NCBI GenBank assembly: GCA_002269645.1
Contig: NIVC01002656.1
Span: 183,846 to 247,845 of the forward strand
Reading direction: 5' to 3'
Origin: Macrostomum lignano
Lineage: Eukaryota
DNA length: 64,000 nucleotides
In this document: one piece after another, positions 12,755 to 24,754 of the stretch
Layout of the letters: each line of letters opens with the position of its first letter
Position numbering within the stretch: position 1 is the first letter of the stretch
Program-made: the position numbers and the translations under genes
Notes under the pieces: model-generated
Seen by the model: the letters and a program-made list of their open reading frames with translations, nothing else
Database searches by the model: none
What the model was told of the DNA's origin: nothing

Positions 12755-13783
12755 TCTCAAGTTTTTTTCCGGACAATACAGGTATATTTAGCCGTGCCAC
12801 TTGGCCAGAAATCGGTCGCTTTATCGTTGTAACTCTAATTTGAATTATCAAGAAAAGTTCATACAACGAATGAAGCTTATTTTAACAATTTTTTTTACTG
12901 TGCGGTTAATTTTAAATAAAGTCATATTCGGGGGACATCTTAGGATTTCAAAGTGAATTTTTTTCGGTAATAGATAGGAATTCTGCTTTGAGTTAGTAGA
13001 ACAAACTAAAGTGGACAAGCTTCAATGTGCGTACGGTAGGAAAGGAAGCTGTATACGTACATTGCGTACAGTGCTGAGCTGAGTGTACACTCCGAGGCCC
13101 TGAATGCACATAGAAAGTATTGATGAAATCCAACCATACAGATGTCTTATTTTTAGACCATGCGCGCATTTTGTTTGAATTCTTCTGCTTCGCACCACAC
13201 ACAAAGGAAATTAATGGAATCAGCTATAGTTACCTAGCTACTCTAATGAACCATTTCTGAGCACAAACGCATCCATCATTTATAATATTTCTGCTTTTTA
13301 AGTCGTGTAGCAACCCTTATTGAAGCGGGCTCAATTCAAGCTCATTATGCTATATAGCCAGCAGAAGCTTCATGAATGATGTTTCTCTTTCCCACACAAT
13401 TCCTCTTAAACATGAAATGGTCAATACAAACGGCTAATGGAGAGAGAGAGAGCCGTGAGAGAGACTGGGGGGCAGAGGAGATTGAGAGTCCGGGTGGACA
13501 AAATTTGCAGGGCAAGGGGAGGGAGGTACTAAATTTATTGCATGCTATGTGATTTTGTGAGCTTGTAGCCAAGCCGTTTATGTACTTATACATGCCATAC
13601 CGCGGGGTATTTAGAAGCGATAGAAGGGACGAGTGACAGAGAAGCAGACAGAGAGCATCGGGATGAGAACAGAAGGAGCGTAGGCGAACATGGCTAGAAG
13701 AGACAAAGGGGCAACAGACAATAAATACTCAAATACGCTAATTCTTGCCCAGACTAGCTGACTCCCGCCCGCCATCCACAAAA

Positions 13784-14299
13784 ATGCTAACAAAACGCAG
13801 TGGCAAAGCCCGTTTTAACGGCTTTGTCACGGTGCACACCGTGTACTACTTGGGCAACTGCAGCGTAGCCGTCAACTCTGCACTAGAAGCCAAAGACGTG
13901 CGATTCGATGCATCCTCGGCGGTGTCGGAGCTTCTAGCTCGCGGCGAAGGTCGCAAAGCCTACATGACGGTGACGCACGAAGGCCTGAAGCTGCACCTGG
14001 CTGATACGGGCGAGAATTGTCTCTCACCACCGGAGAGAATCGCGTACTACTGTGCCGCAGCCGCCGGGTGCGGCCGCATCTTCGCCTGGGTCGACCAGCT
14101 GCCCTCGCTGCAGTTCGTCTGCCACGCGGCCGCGTTTCGCCAATCCGAGCTGGCGCTGGAGATGGTGGCGCTGACGCGACACTTCCTGGCGGTGGCGTAT
14201 CGCGACTGGCGCGACGTCCGAAGGCGACTGGCGGCTGATAGGTCGGCAGCGGGCTCCAGCAGTGCGGGCTCTGCCAGCGGCACCCTGCAAATGAAATGA
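13784..14299 (+). CDS. Intronless PTB/PID-domain protein, 171 aa (ARH/LDLRAP1-like fold)
   Basis: YYLGNCSV ... AYMTVTHEGLKL ... RIAYYCA ... RIFAWV ... FVCHAAAF ... EMVALTRHFLAVAY follows the PTB motif order; first true ATG at 13784 (the track uses an upstream TTG). Confidence 0.7.
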   Translation: MLTKRSGKARFNGFVTVHTVYYLGNCSVAVNSALEAKDVRFDASSAVSELLARGEGRKAYMTVTHEGLKLHLADTGENCLSPPERIAYYCAAAAGCGRIFAWVDQLPSLQFVCHAAAFRQSELALEMVALTRHFLAVAYRDWRDVRRRLAADRSAAGSSSAGSASGTLQMK

Positions 14300-14685
14300 T
14301 AATAGAGCGACGAGCGCGCTTGCGGCCTGGACAGCTAAAAGTAGATGGAGCGAATCGCAAATCGTGTGCTTTTCACTGGAGGCCGCAGCAAGGACAACTT
14401 AAGTAGAAGGACGCAACGCTCGAAATCTATGGTAAATGTTTTGAAGGCAACTTTACGCCGAAAAATACACTACAGAGATAGGAGGTTTTAATTTTTTCAG
14501 CACAAAAATTGTTTTTGCTTTTGATAGGAGACAGATCTAGTGTTCATCTTTTGATATGTTGTGCCTTTCTTATTGCTCTATCGATAATCATAAAGCTTTT
14601 CGTTCAGAATTAGTTTTAAAGGCAGGTTTCACCGGAAAAGTACACTACGGAGATAGGAAATTTCACGATTTTCAACACAAAAACA

Positions 14686-15431
14686 GTGATAGGGTCTCTT
14701 AACAGTGTCAGTGGCATTTCCCAAGCTGAGTACCGCCGACTTGCTTCACTGGATGTGTTCCAGTGGAGGTGTTCAGCTTGTACCATGCTGCTGACTGCGC
14801 CGTCTGCACCCACATCGCCGCCTCTACCTGCCATGGCACCCACATCATCGCCGTCTCTACCTGCAGCCATGGCAACCACATCGCCGCCTCCGCCTGCCAT
14901 GGCACCCACATCATCGCCGTCTCTACCTGCAGCCATGGCAACCACATCGTCGCCTCTACCTGCCATGGCACCCACATCGCCGCCTCGCCTTGCAGCCATG
15001 GCAGCCACATCACCGCCTCCAGCTGTAGCCATGTCACCCACGGCTCCGGAAGAGAGCGCGGTTGACACCGAGAGTGAGAATACCGCTCGTGCTCCAGAGT
15101 TTCAAATTGTGTCTAGCGGCTCGACCAAGAATCGCGACATCTTGTCGTTGATGGCCAGTACAAGTTTGTTTGTCAAAAGCAAAAAATAGGTCAGTGTATC
15201 TATTGGCGGTGTGCACTTCGCAATGGACACCAGACTTGCGGTGCAACAGTTGTGCAGCGCGGAGAAGCCTTCAGCAAACGTTCCGTTCTGCACTGTCATT
15301 TGCCTCTCCACAGGCCTGTGGAGCGAGCGCGGTTGAAGCGGCGCATTGTGGATCGTGCACAGAAGAATCCATTTCTATCTGCAGTTCAGATTGCAAAGGA
15401 CGAGACGCTTGATGTGCTGCAGGAGTTTCAG
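14686..15431 (+). pseudogene. Mutator-like (MULE) transposase remnant, 5' part: half PHD finger, Pro/Ala/Thr repeats, FLYWCH finger, one frameshift
   Basis: GISQAEYRRL...QWRCSAC (second half of a PHD finger); after a frameshift near 15145, VDGQYKFVCQKQKIGQCIYWRCALRNGHQTCGATVVQRGEAF...HCH (FLYWCH); ends CAG|gtatat at 15431. Confidence 0.8.
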
Positions 15432-15784
15432 GTATATTATTGAGCACTATATTATACTACTAGCTGTTGAAACCCCCGATTTTAAACCCGCTGAATTCCA
15501 CACTATAGTTTTGCATAACTTTTAAAAATTTTTTTAAGATTAAAGATTAAGATTTGAGGCCGGCTTCTCTCTTCTCTTACCTCTCTACTCTCTCAACTCT
15601 ACTCTCTCCTTTTATTCTCCATCCTCTCTCCTCTCTACTCTTTACTCTCTCTTCCCTCTACTCTCTTCTCACTCCTACTCTACCCTCTCTCAACACCTCT
15701 CTCATCTCTCTTTTCTCCTATTTTCTCTCTTCTCTGTCGTCTTTGCTGTCCTACCGTGTCAGTGCCTGAGATTGGAGGTGCACT

Positions 15785-16173
<389 letters not shown>

Positions 16174-16314
16174 TTGTATACAGATAGACTGACAGAAACC
16201 ACACAGACAGTTGTTTTGATTTTTATGTGTAGAGATTTTAATAGGTACGAGTATACATGTAGATAAATGCATGCTGAATAAGTCATTAAAAAATCTAATT
16301 TCAAACTTTCACAG

Positions 16315-16626
16315 ACTGGGCCATCGATGCCGAACCCCAACCTTCAGGCACGTACGGCAAATAGGCAGCGTAAGAACGAGCGCCCTGAGGAACCAAACGA
16401 TCTTCAGTGTGAACTGCAGGAGAACGCCCTGCCGGCAGGGTTTCTGCAGAGAGATGTCCACTCAGGAGCTCGGCGCCACATCATCTTTGCAACGAACGAA
16501 GGTCTGGCAATGCTTGCGCAAGCGCAAGACTGGTTCATGGATGGGACTTTCCACATGGAATACAAGCCCTTCGTTCAGCTGTCCATCCACGCTTTCATGT
16601 TAAGAAAGTACAACAAAAGGCGATAA
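16315..16626 (+). pseudogene. MULE transposase remnant, next exon, truncated shortly after the first catalytic Asp
   Basis: ttcacag acceptor in phase 0; TGPSMPNPNLQARTANRQR...RRHIIFATNEGLAMLAQAQDWFMDGTFHMEYKPFVQLSIHAF contains the MULE W-x-x-DGTF motif. Confidence 0.85.
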
Positions 16627-16731
16627 AAAAATTTACAATTTTAGTAATTTTGAGCACTAAATTTTTGGTTGTATAGTAATTAAATTGTATTAAAATTCAA
16701 ATATGTAAAGTTAAATAAATAATATTATACT

Positions 16732-16874
16732 GTTCGCCGAAGTGGTCAATTGCATTCGCTGAAGTGGATCCTCCGAAATGGTCTTTCGCCGAAGTGGCCT
16801 TCGCCGAAGTGGGGTTTCGCCGAAATCGACTGAAAACACCCCCCCCCCCCGCCACCCCCCTGGCTACGCCACTG
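16732..16874. mobile_element. DNA-transposon terminal/subterminal sequences
   Basis: Several TTCGCCGAAGTGG-type motifs ending in GACTGAAAACACC, then CCCCCCTGGCTACGCCACTG (reverse complement CAGTGGCGTAGCCAGGGGGG, a common hAT-type end); partner ends not found. Confidence 0.5.
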
Positions 16875-17007
16875 GTCAAAGCTTAGCTTAAATGGGGCTG
16901 GGAGGGCTGGACTGCATTTTCGCAAAGGTCCTCCCTGTCAGCCTAACGCAGTCTCCCGACAGACTATTAATAGTATATATAAATTTGATACTCTCACGCC
17001 GCTGCTA

Positions 17008-17079
17008 GGGGATGTAGCTCAGAGGTAGAGCGTTCGCTTCGCATGTGAAAGGTCTCGGGTTCGAACCCCGACTTCTCCA
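17008..17079 (+). tRNA. trnA-CGC: tRNA-Ala, anticodon CGC
   Basis: 72-nt cloverleaf: D stem GCTC/GAGC, anticodon stem TTCGC/GTGAA with loop TTCGCAT, T stem TCGGG/CCCGA with TTCGAAC loop, G3:U70 Ala determinant, discriminator A; one T6:T67 mismatch. Confidence 0.93.
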
Positions 17080-17082
17080 AAC

Positions 17083-17088
17083 TTTTTT
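17083..17088 (+). terminator. Pol III oligo-T terminator of tRNA-Ala
   Basis: TTTTTT 3 nt after the discriminator base. Confidence 0.85.
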
Positions 17089-18247
17089 AATTGCTCATCT
17101 AAATTTTAAAAGTCTTCGCTCAATAAATTATGAATCTTACGAATATTACAATCAGAATAAAATGCAAAAAAAACAGCATAGAAAACAGTATTACAATCGA
17201 TTCGCAGATTTACTATTATTTAACAATAAGATCGAAACTGTAGATGTATCAACGGTTAATCGACAATAGCACTTAGCAGAGCATCATTTTTGCAAAAAAT
17301 ATTTCATTATTAGCATATTAGGGAACAATGCTTCCGTACACCTCTTATGCCATTACCAGAAGTAGATTCAAAGAATTCAGAGAAAAATTAGACAACGAGA
17401 AGCACTCTAAAAAGTTTTTCTGGACACAATGTGTGTCACATTTCAGCAGCCCGATATGTATAGAAAAATACTTTGTAGAAAAAATAAAGTTTAATTTGAG
17501 ATTTTGACTCAGAGCTAGGCTAAGACTATACAAACATTTAACCCGTAATAAAATACTTGAGACGTAAAGAGCAGCTGCGAATAAATAAGTTTGAGACTCT
17601 TAAAATTACAAGAATGTAATATTAGAAGCGATCACTCCGCTTTAAACAAGTAATTGAGGTGTGTTGCCAACGTTTCGAATTGGATTTAAATAAATTTCCA
17701 AGGCGTGTATGCAAATTGATAGTTAAAACAAAAGTTATTTTAAACATTGAATTCAGCAGAAATATTGCTAGTTTTAAAATTTTTGTAAAGAATAAATCAC
17801 ATGTTAATTAAATATTTTATAATTTTTACCTTCTACGTATACAAATATTTTTATTTTTGGAGACTTCTAATTTTCTAAATTTTACAGTTCGATCTAATTC
17901 GCTTGCTTATTATTAACTGTCCATGAGAACATGACTTCGTGCAGGCCGGCAGTGCGCCTAATTTCACTGTTAACATCAGATAGTATTGAAGTCGCCTCAA
18001 TAGTCACTTCAATAAATAACCACCTTTGAAAAGATCAAACAATATAATGACTAAAAAAAAATCCATGTCCATATAGATAGGAAACTAGGCATGATATGGG
18101 GCATGGTATTTCGTAATTCGTATTTGCAGCTTTGACAAGCCATTCCAGGAAACAAGTCAGAGCGATTTTAACTGAGTGCTTGTACTGCTTGTACTCCTTT
18201 TTTCGACTACTGTAGGCCTATTCCCCTGACATAGGCCTAGGCAATGG

Positions 18248-18547
18248 CTAGAGTTCCAGCACCGGAACCCATTTTCTAATAGCTATGGATCCAGCAGTCT
18301 TCTGCAGGCAGTTATCTACTAAGGCCTAATGACGTCTTTGAACATTAGAAGTATCTTGTTTTGAATCTCGTTGTTTCGTTTTGATCTTATCTTGAACAAA
18401 ATCTCAATATAAACCACCCATTAAAAAAGTAAAATTTTTCTGCTATAGGCCTATTATTATTAGGCCTATACCCATAAACAGCACTACTAGAATACCACTG
18501 CCAGATCCATAGCCATTAGAAAGTGGGTTCTGGTGCTGGAACTCTAG
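18248..18547. mobile_element. ~300-bp MITE-like element with ~50-bp imperfect inverted ends
   Basis: CTAGAGTTCCAGCACCGGAACCCATTTTCTAATAGCTATGGATCCAGCAGT matches the reverse complement of 18497-18547 with few mismatches; no TSD found. Confidence 0.65.
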
Positions 18548-19472
18548 AGCCTTTACCCTTGACTAGTGATAGTATTATCCAATTTTCATCCTATCACTGA
18601 CACCTAGACCTAGCTACTTGCCTACTTTGATTTGGTCAATTGGGTAGGCCTATTGTGCATATGCATAGGCCTATTGTTATGAGTATAGAGTATATTATCA
18701 ATGCTAGGTTTTTTGCTGGTACTTGGATTCAAAATCATATTTTAGCCTTATGTCTAATTTTAGAATGCTATTTCAAAAGTCAGGATGCAATAATATTTAT
18801 TACCTCTATAGTACATGACCAAGATGGCCACTATATACCAAGATGGCCATAGGCCCTAGCTCTAAATATTTTAATAGATGATAATAAGCATAGGTCTATA
18901 TATTTTACTCATTTCCTATTGGTAATAATTTGTATTAGGTATAGATCTTTAAGTTTTAAGGAGATAGATATTATGGTCTAAAATGGAAATATTTTATATT
19001 ATTATTATATTATAACAATTAAAATTATTCCCATTTCATATCTATTATTAAAACTTAAAGGTTTAGCTTCTAACTCTAGGCTTAGTCTAAATCATTCTAT
19101 TTTATTTGGTATAAGTATTTTTTAATTACTATCTTTAAAAATGTTGAATATATTATGCTTACAAAAAAATTAGATATATTTTTAGAGTTTGTTCTATTTT
19201 ACTTATTGTATTATGAATGTTAATCATATTGAAAAAGCTCCTATATTCAACTTTATAATTTGTCTTTATTATCTATGAGGTCGGGGGGGAAAAAATTTTC
19301 TTGGAACACACGGGTCTTTGCTGACACCAATGAGACAGGCAGATTTCATGTTTGAATTGCCAAAGCAGACAAATCACAACAAAATTCTTTTCTCCTGTTT
19401 TGCTCCAACTGCCAGGGTCCTCAATTCCGGGGGAAGGGTAGTCGTAATTGTAGCAAAGCAGTCATTAGAGTG

Positions 19473-19773
19473 CATACATGCGCAACCTCCAAAATTCAGT
19501 CGGCCATGCGACTTAGTTTTAACAAAAATGCGACGTAGTTTTTGGCCAAAAATGCGACTTACATGTAATTAAAAAAACCATACGCAAAATTAACGCAACT
19601 TTGGGTAAACGGCAGGAGTAACTATGACTGTCTTATTAGGTCAAAATGCCTCGTCAGCTACTTAGTAATACTACTTTGGTATTTTTTCGGGTGGGCATTT
19701 TTGCGACTTCCTTGATTGGCTGCCAAATCGGTCGGCCGGATCGGCCGACTCGGCCGACTGTTGCGCATGTATG
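19473..19773. mobile_element. hAT-type MITE copy 1 (301 bp) carrying a 28S rDNA-like segment
   Basis: 14-bp TIR CATACATGCGCAAC/GTTGCGCATGTATG; perfect 8-bp TSD TTAGAGTG (19465-72, 19774-81); second copy at 42799. Confidence 0.92.
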
Positions 19774-21777
19774 TTAGAGTGGCATGGTCATTCAAAGGAT
19801 AGACACCAGAGATTCTGACATCGTAACTTAATGTGTCATTTTGTTGAGCTGATTACTAACAGTAGGGTAGAGTTGCCACCACCATAATTTATGTATTATG
19901 GAACATTGAAGTCTTAGACTTTCTTTGTATTGAGAACTTTGGGTTGTTTTACACCCCACAGGCAAATAACTTAATATAAAGCTATGGACTTAATGAATGA
20001 ACGATTACTTATTAATATTGCTGTTTTTTGTTATTTTTGGCAATTGATATTAAAATACTAATGAAGTTTAATGTATCAATGCAAAGAGAGCTAAACAGCA
20101 AACAGCAAGGCGGGAGAGCATGGAAAACAAGCACCAGACAACATGGTATAAATAATAATATTTTCTCGCCAGAGGATGGGGCACCCATGGATTCAGTGGA
20201 TAGAAAAATATTAGCCACTACCAAAATCCTTTGCTGGCTATAACGCAAAACCTATTGAAAAATATTATTAAGGAGAATTACATTGTTTGGGGCAGGAATT
20301 GGGGCATAGCGTAGAGAGACAAAAATATATTTGATGGGGCAGAGCCCGGGCCAACTAGTGGCATGATGTCAAGACTCAGGAGCTTGCAGTGGCAAATGTA
20401 TGTAAAAATTATTTGAAATTAAAGCAAATTGATATTATTAATATCAAGTAAATTAGGCAAAAGTTAATTAATGGGGAATTAATGGGGAGCTCATAAGAAT
20501 TAAATTTCCAGTTTTATCAACTTCATTCTCAGTGGTAGATGCACTACCACTATCTACTTATTGACTTTATTGATAAATATTAGCATTGGTTAGTGTCTAG
20601 CATTGAAATGATTTTGAAAACAATTTCTTGATTTCTCGATTTTGAATTTATGGTAATAGTTGTATCTAATACCATACAATTATTTATCATATGCCTTTGA
20701 CCAAAGCTTAAAGTGATTAGTCTATGCATAGTAAAGTAATGTAGCAAAACTAAGTTAATAAAGATAATATATTAAAAATTGTTTGTTTATAGGTTTTTTA
20801 TCTATATGTGTATATGATTGATTAAAAAAGACTCAATGGAAACAAAGCGTCATTCAAATTGTTGGTTTTAAAAAAATATTTTGTAATTATAAAGGTTTTT
20901 TGCATATAGTTTTATATTACTATTATAGTTATAAGTATATAAAATATCATACTTGGGATTATGTTGGGATTAAAAATGATAAAGGATTTTTTGTTTTATC
21001 AATATGATTTAGTAAATTTGCATCTAGTACTAGTATAGCTAGCAAGCTATAAGGCGGGTACATGCTAGAACAAAATGGTCTTGCAATCTGCTAAGATGCG
21101 CAGGGTTGAATATATATATTTGGGAGTCACATAAGACTGCAACCTTGTTTGTTAGTATGTAGGGCTAGCTAACCCCTCAGTTTATTGCATTTGATGATAT
21201 GACTATCATGAGTACTCTTTCCTTAGTTTTGATTTGTGTCTTATGTTTGTTATGTGTATTTATATTAGTTTTGAAAATATAGTTATTATAAAGATAAAAT
21301 GAAATTTTAACATATGCACAACTGGCTAGGCCTAACCCAGCTAGGTGACAAGGCTAGTATATTGCAAAACTTATCAACTTAGCACCAAAAAATTGCAAGG
21401 GGTACATATGAAAATCTGAAAAAATGAAATGAATAAAATAAAACAAGAGAAAAATGAAGAAAAATGAAAGAAAAGTAGGAATAACTTATATAAGGGCCTA
21501 AAAAAACAACCAAATCAAAAGAAAAAGAGCATTAAATAGTTAAAGCCAATGAAAGAAAATATTTGAATTGCATTCAGAGCAAAGCTATGCTGCAAAAAGG
21601 CTCTCCAGATAAAGTTGTCATATTTTTTAGGAAAACTGTTGCACTAGCTGGTTAAGATTCAGGAGGTTTTGTGCATGTATATAATATTAATATTATTTTA
21701 TTTCTTCTGTTTTGTATACTACTGAAATTAGAAGCTCTTGCATTTAATTGAACAATTTAACTAATTCAGTTCAGCCA

Positions 21778-21957
21778 ATGAACCTGTCAGCAGCTGACGA
21801 CTCCAGCAATGAAGATAACTTAGCATTAGGCCAGCTTAATGCCACTGAGTTTTTGCCAGCAGATAGTGTCAACAGTGTTAATTCCATGATGAAGGCAGCT
21901 GATGTGCCTATTTTACCTGTGTCAGCATCAGCAGATGGCCTTAAGCTAAAACTGAAG
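21778..21957 (+). CDS. Uncharacterised C2H2/Cys-His low-complexity protein (~1042 aa), exon 1
   Basis: ATG at 21778, AAG|gtaagc donor in phase 0, joins 22130 in frame. Confidence 0.6.
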
Positions 21958-22129
21958 GTAAGCAATTTCTATTGTTTACAACCCCTGATTTCTTTTATAA
22001 TCTGTTAGGTACATGTAGTTGAGTAAATGCTCAATTTAAGGGTTATTAACAGCTGTCAATAAAAAGTCTAGTTAAAAACCAAAGGTGTTTGTCTAGACTC
22101 AATATTAACTGTTTCGCTTATTCTTACAG

Positions 22130-22534
22130 CTACGGACTCCATCAATGTCCGCTAAACGTTGCTGTCTGCAGTCAGTGGGGCCAGGCGGACCCAAACTGCT
22201 CCGGCAGACAATTGAGCAGCTTTCTGTTGATTTAGACGACGAGGATAGCGAGTCCTCCGCAGAACTCGCTTCGTTAGTGGTCTCTGCCGACGATGATGAA
22301 AAGTGCAAGAATATCGAATTCGGTAGTAACGGCAGCAGTTGTCACTATGATAGCGAAGACGCAGACCGGCAATTGAATTCCAATTTGCCAAAGCCGCTAT
22401 TTGACTCCTGGCTGACGATGTCTAAACGAGGGATGTCCAATTGTTGTCTTCGGGGCCAGGAAGCAACGTTTAAGTGGCGCATAGAAGCTGCCTGCCGCGA
22501 TCTGATGCACATGACGTTTGAAGAGGCTGTACAG
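22130..22534 (+). CDS. Same protein, exon 2
   Basis: ttacag acceptor, CAG|gtaggt donor, phase 0/0, acidic segment. Confidence 0.7.
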
Positions 22535-22621
22535 GTAGGTGTGTGTGTAGTATTCTGTAGCATTCCTGTCTACACTTATAGAGAATACAATTTGGCGTTT
22601 TTATTCACCATTTTGCCACAG

Positions 22622-24583
22622 GAGAGCCGCAGAAGGCCATTTGGTGGCGTATTGACTCGATATCGGTGCTGGAAAACTCCTGGCAGACAGCGTAGCTCGC
22701 TAGCTCTGGCTTCAACTGCGACCGCTTCCGCTAGTGAAAACCAAGACGAATCTACCGGTATAGAGTCTTTCTTAGCTTTGCTCGCTCCGCCACCGATGAC
22801 GCCTCCGGTGTCGACAGCGGCTTTGTCACAACACCCACCGCCGCCTCTGGTGTCGACAGCGGCTTCGTCACAACACCAACCACCTTCTTCGGTGTCGACA
22901 GCGACTTCATCACAACACCCACCGCCTTCTTTGGTGTCGACAGCGGCTTCGTCACAACACCCACCGCCTTCTTTGGTGTCGACAGCGACTTCATCACAAC
23001 ACCCACCACCTTCTTCGGTGTCGACAGCGACTTCATCACAACACCCACCGCCTTCTTCGGTGTCGACAGCGGCTTCGTCACAACACCCACCGCCTTCTTC
23101 GGTGTCGACAGCGGCTTCGTCACAACACCCACCGCCTTCTTTGGTGTCGACAGCGGCTTCGTCACAACACCCACCGCCTTCTTCGGTGTCGACAGCGGCT
23201 TCGTCACAACACCCACCGCCTTCTTCGGTGTCGACAGCGGCTTCGTCACAACACCCACCGCCTTCTTCGGTGTCGACAGCGGCTTCGTCACAACACCCAC
23301 CGCCTTCTTTGGTGTCGACAGCGGCTTCGTCATATCATTCACCGCCACGGCCTCAGTTACCGACAGCGGCTTCGTCACATCACCCACTGCCGCCGCCTGT
23401 GGTATCAACAGCGACTGTGCCAAAACACCCACCGCCACCACCACCATTGACTATTGCTTGCTCACCACGTCAACACCTCGGTGAATCTCCAGATCGCGAT
23501 GAAAATTACGGCCAATTCAGTTTGAAATCTTTCCTAAGCAAGCCGGCCAGGCGTGGCGAGGAGGAGTTTATCAATTTGCTTAGCGACGAAGATGAAGAGC
23601 CTCGAACAGTGGCTGCGGAATCTACTAGCAAGTCTTCGGCGTCAGCACGGGGACAGCAAACAGCGCTTGAAAGCTCATTGCAGGTGCTGATTGCTACCGA
23701 CTCGCTGCATTTGCAGCAGCCGCAGCAACCACAGCAACCAGAGCAACAGCCGCAGCAACCGCAGCAACCACAGCAACAGCCACAGCAATGGCCGCAGCAA
23801 CCACAGCGGCAGCCACAGCAACAGCCGCAGCAACCACAGCAACAGCCCCAGCAACCACAGCAACGGCCGCAGCAACCACAGCGGCAGCCACAGCAACAGC
23901 CGCAGCAACCACAGCAACCACAGTCACAGCCCCAGCAACAGCCCCAACAACCACAGCAACGGCCGCAGCAACCACAGCAACAGCCCCAGCAACCACAGCA
24001 GCAGCCGCAGCAACCACAGCAGCAGGCGCAGACTCAACCGTCTCAGCTGTCACCACAGCAAGACCTACATCGAGTAGAAGTGTTTCAGCTGCAGCAGCGG
24101 CGAATACTCCAGCACTTGCTGCAGCAACAGCAGCCGCAGCAAAGTGTGCAGCTCCTGCTGAGAAATAATGAGATCAGCCGCGGCATGCTGCTGCGCTGCC
24201 TTAGCGGTAGCTCAGTAATTTACGTTTGCCTTTCTTGCCGTCAAGTTAGCGATGGCCCGCCTGCCGCCCTGTGGCACTCGAGTGTATCCAATGCCGGCCA
24301 CTACTGCCTCACCTTGCCGTCTGGCTGGGTTGACCTTGCCTCTCTTCGCCTGACTTGCCACACCTGCACAGACAGCTGGGAGTCCAACCTGTCCATGGGC
24401 TCATTAGCCTCACTGATTGTTCATGCATTTTCTGCTCATCCGATCACCACTAGCGGACCTCTTTTGTGCGTCAGGAATACCGCATCGGGCGAGAGCTGCC
24501 TACTGACAGGGGATTGTATGGCGCGCTGTCTTCTGTACAATAAACTGTGCTTTGTCTGGCTCGAAGAAACTCCGTTGTTACAG
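22622..24583 (+). CDS. Same protein, exon 3: 14-aa repeats, poly-Q/P and a Cys/His cluster
   Basis: cacag acceptor, CAG|gtgcga donor; long open frame; YVCLSCRQ...WH...GHYC...TCHTC. Confidence 0.7.
22805..23400 (+). repeat. Coding 42-bp minisatellite (SSVSTAASSQHPPP, about 13 copies)
   Basis: Frame-preserving tandem unit inside exon 3. Confidence 0.92.
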
Positions 24584-24754
24584 GTGCGAGATTTGCTTTT
24601 TTATTACTAAGCTGATAAGTTTTGTAAAATGGGTGCCAGCATTAGCTGGGATAATTGAGGGTCATTGGACTGAACAGCCGTACGCAGCAGCCTTCAGATG
24701 CGCCGCGCAATTTAGGCAGGTGTAATAAAAAATGACTTTGCTCCCTACTCGCAG

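Noticed and set aside
14440-14670. Duplicated TACACTAC.GAGATAGGA segments upstream of the MULE remnant
   Set aside because: Probably TE-internal, but no termini could be defined.
19603-19666. A functional rRNA gene or mitochondrial insertion
   Set aside because: Only 64 bp match, helix-69 pairing is disrupted, the flanks are transposon sequence, and AAATGCCTCGTCA is nuclear 28S-like rather than mitochondrial.
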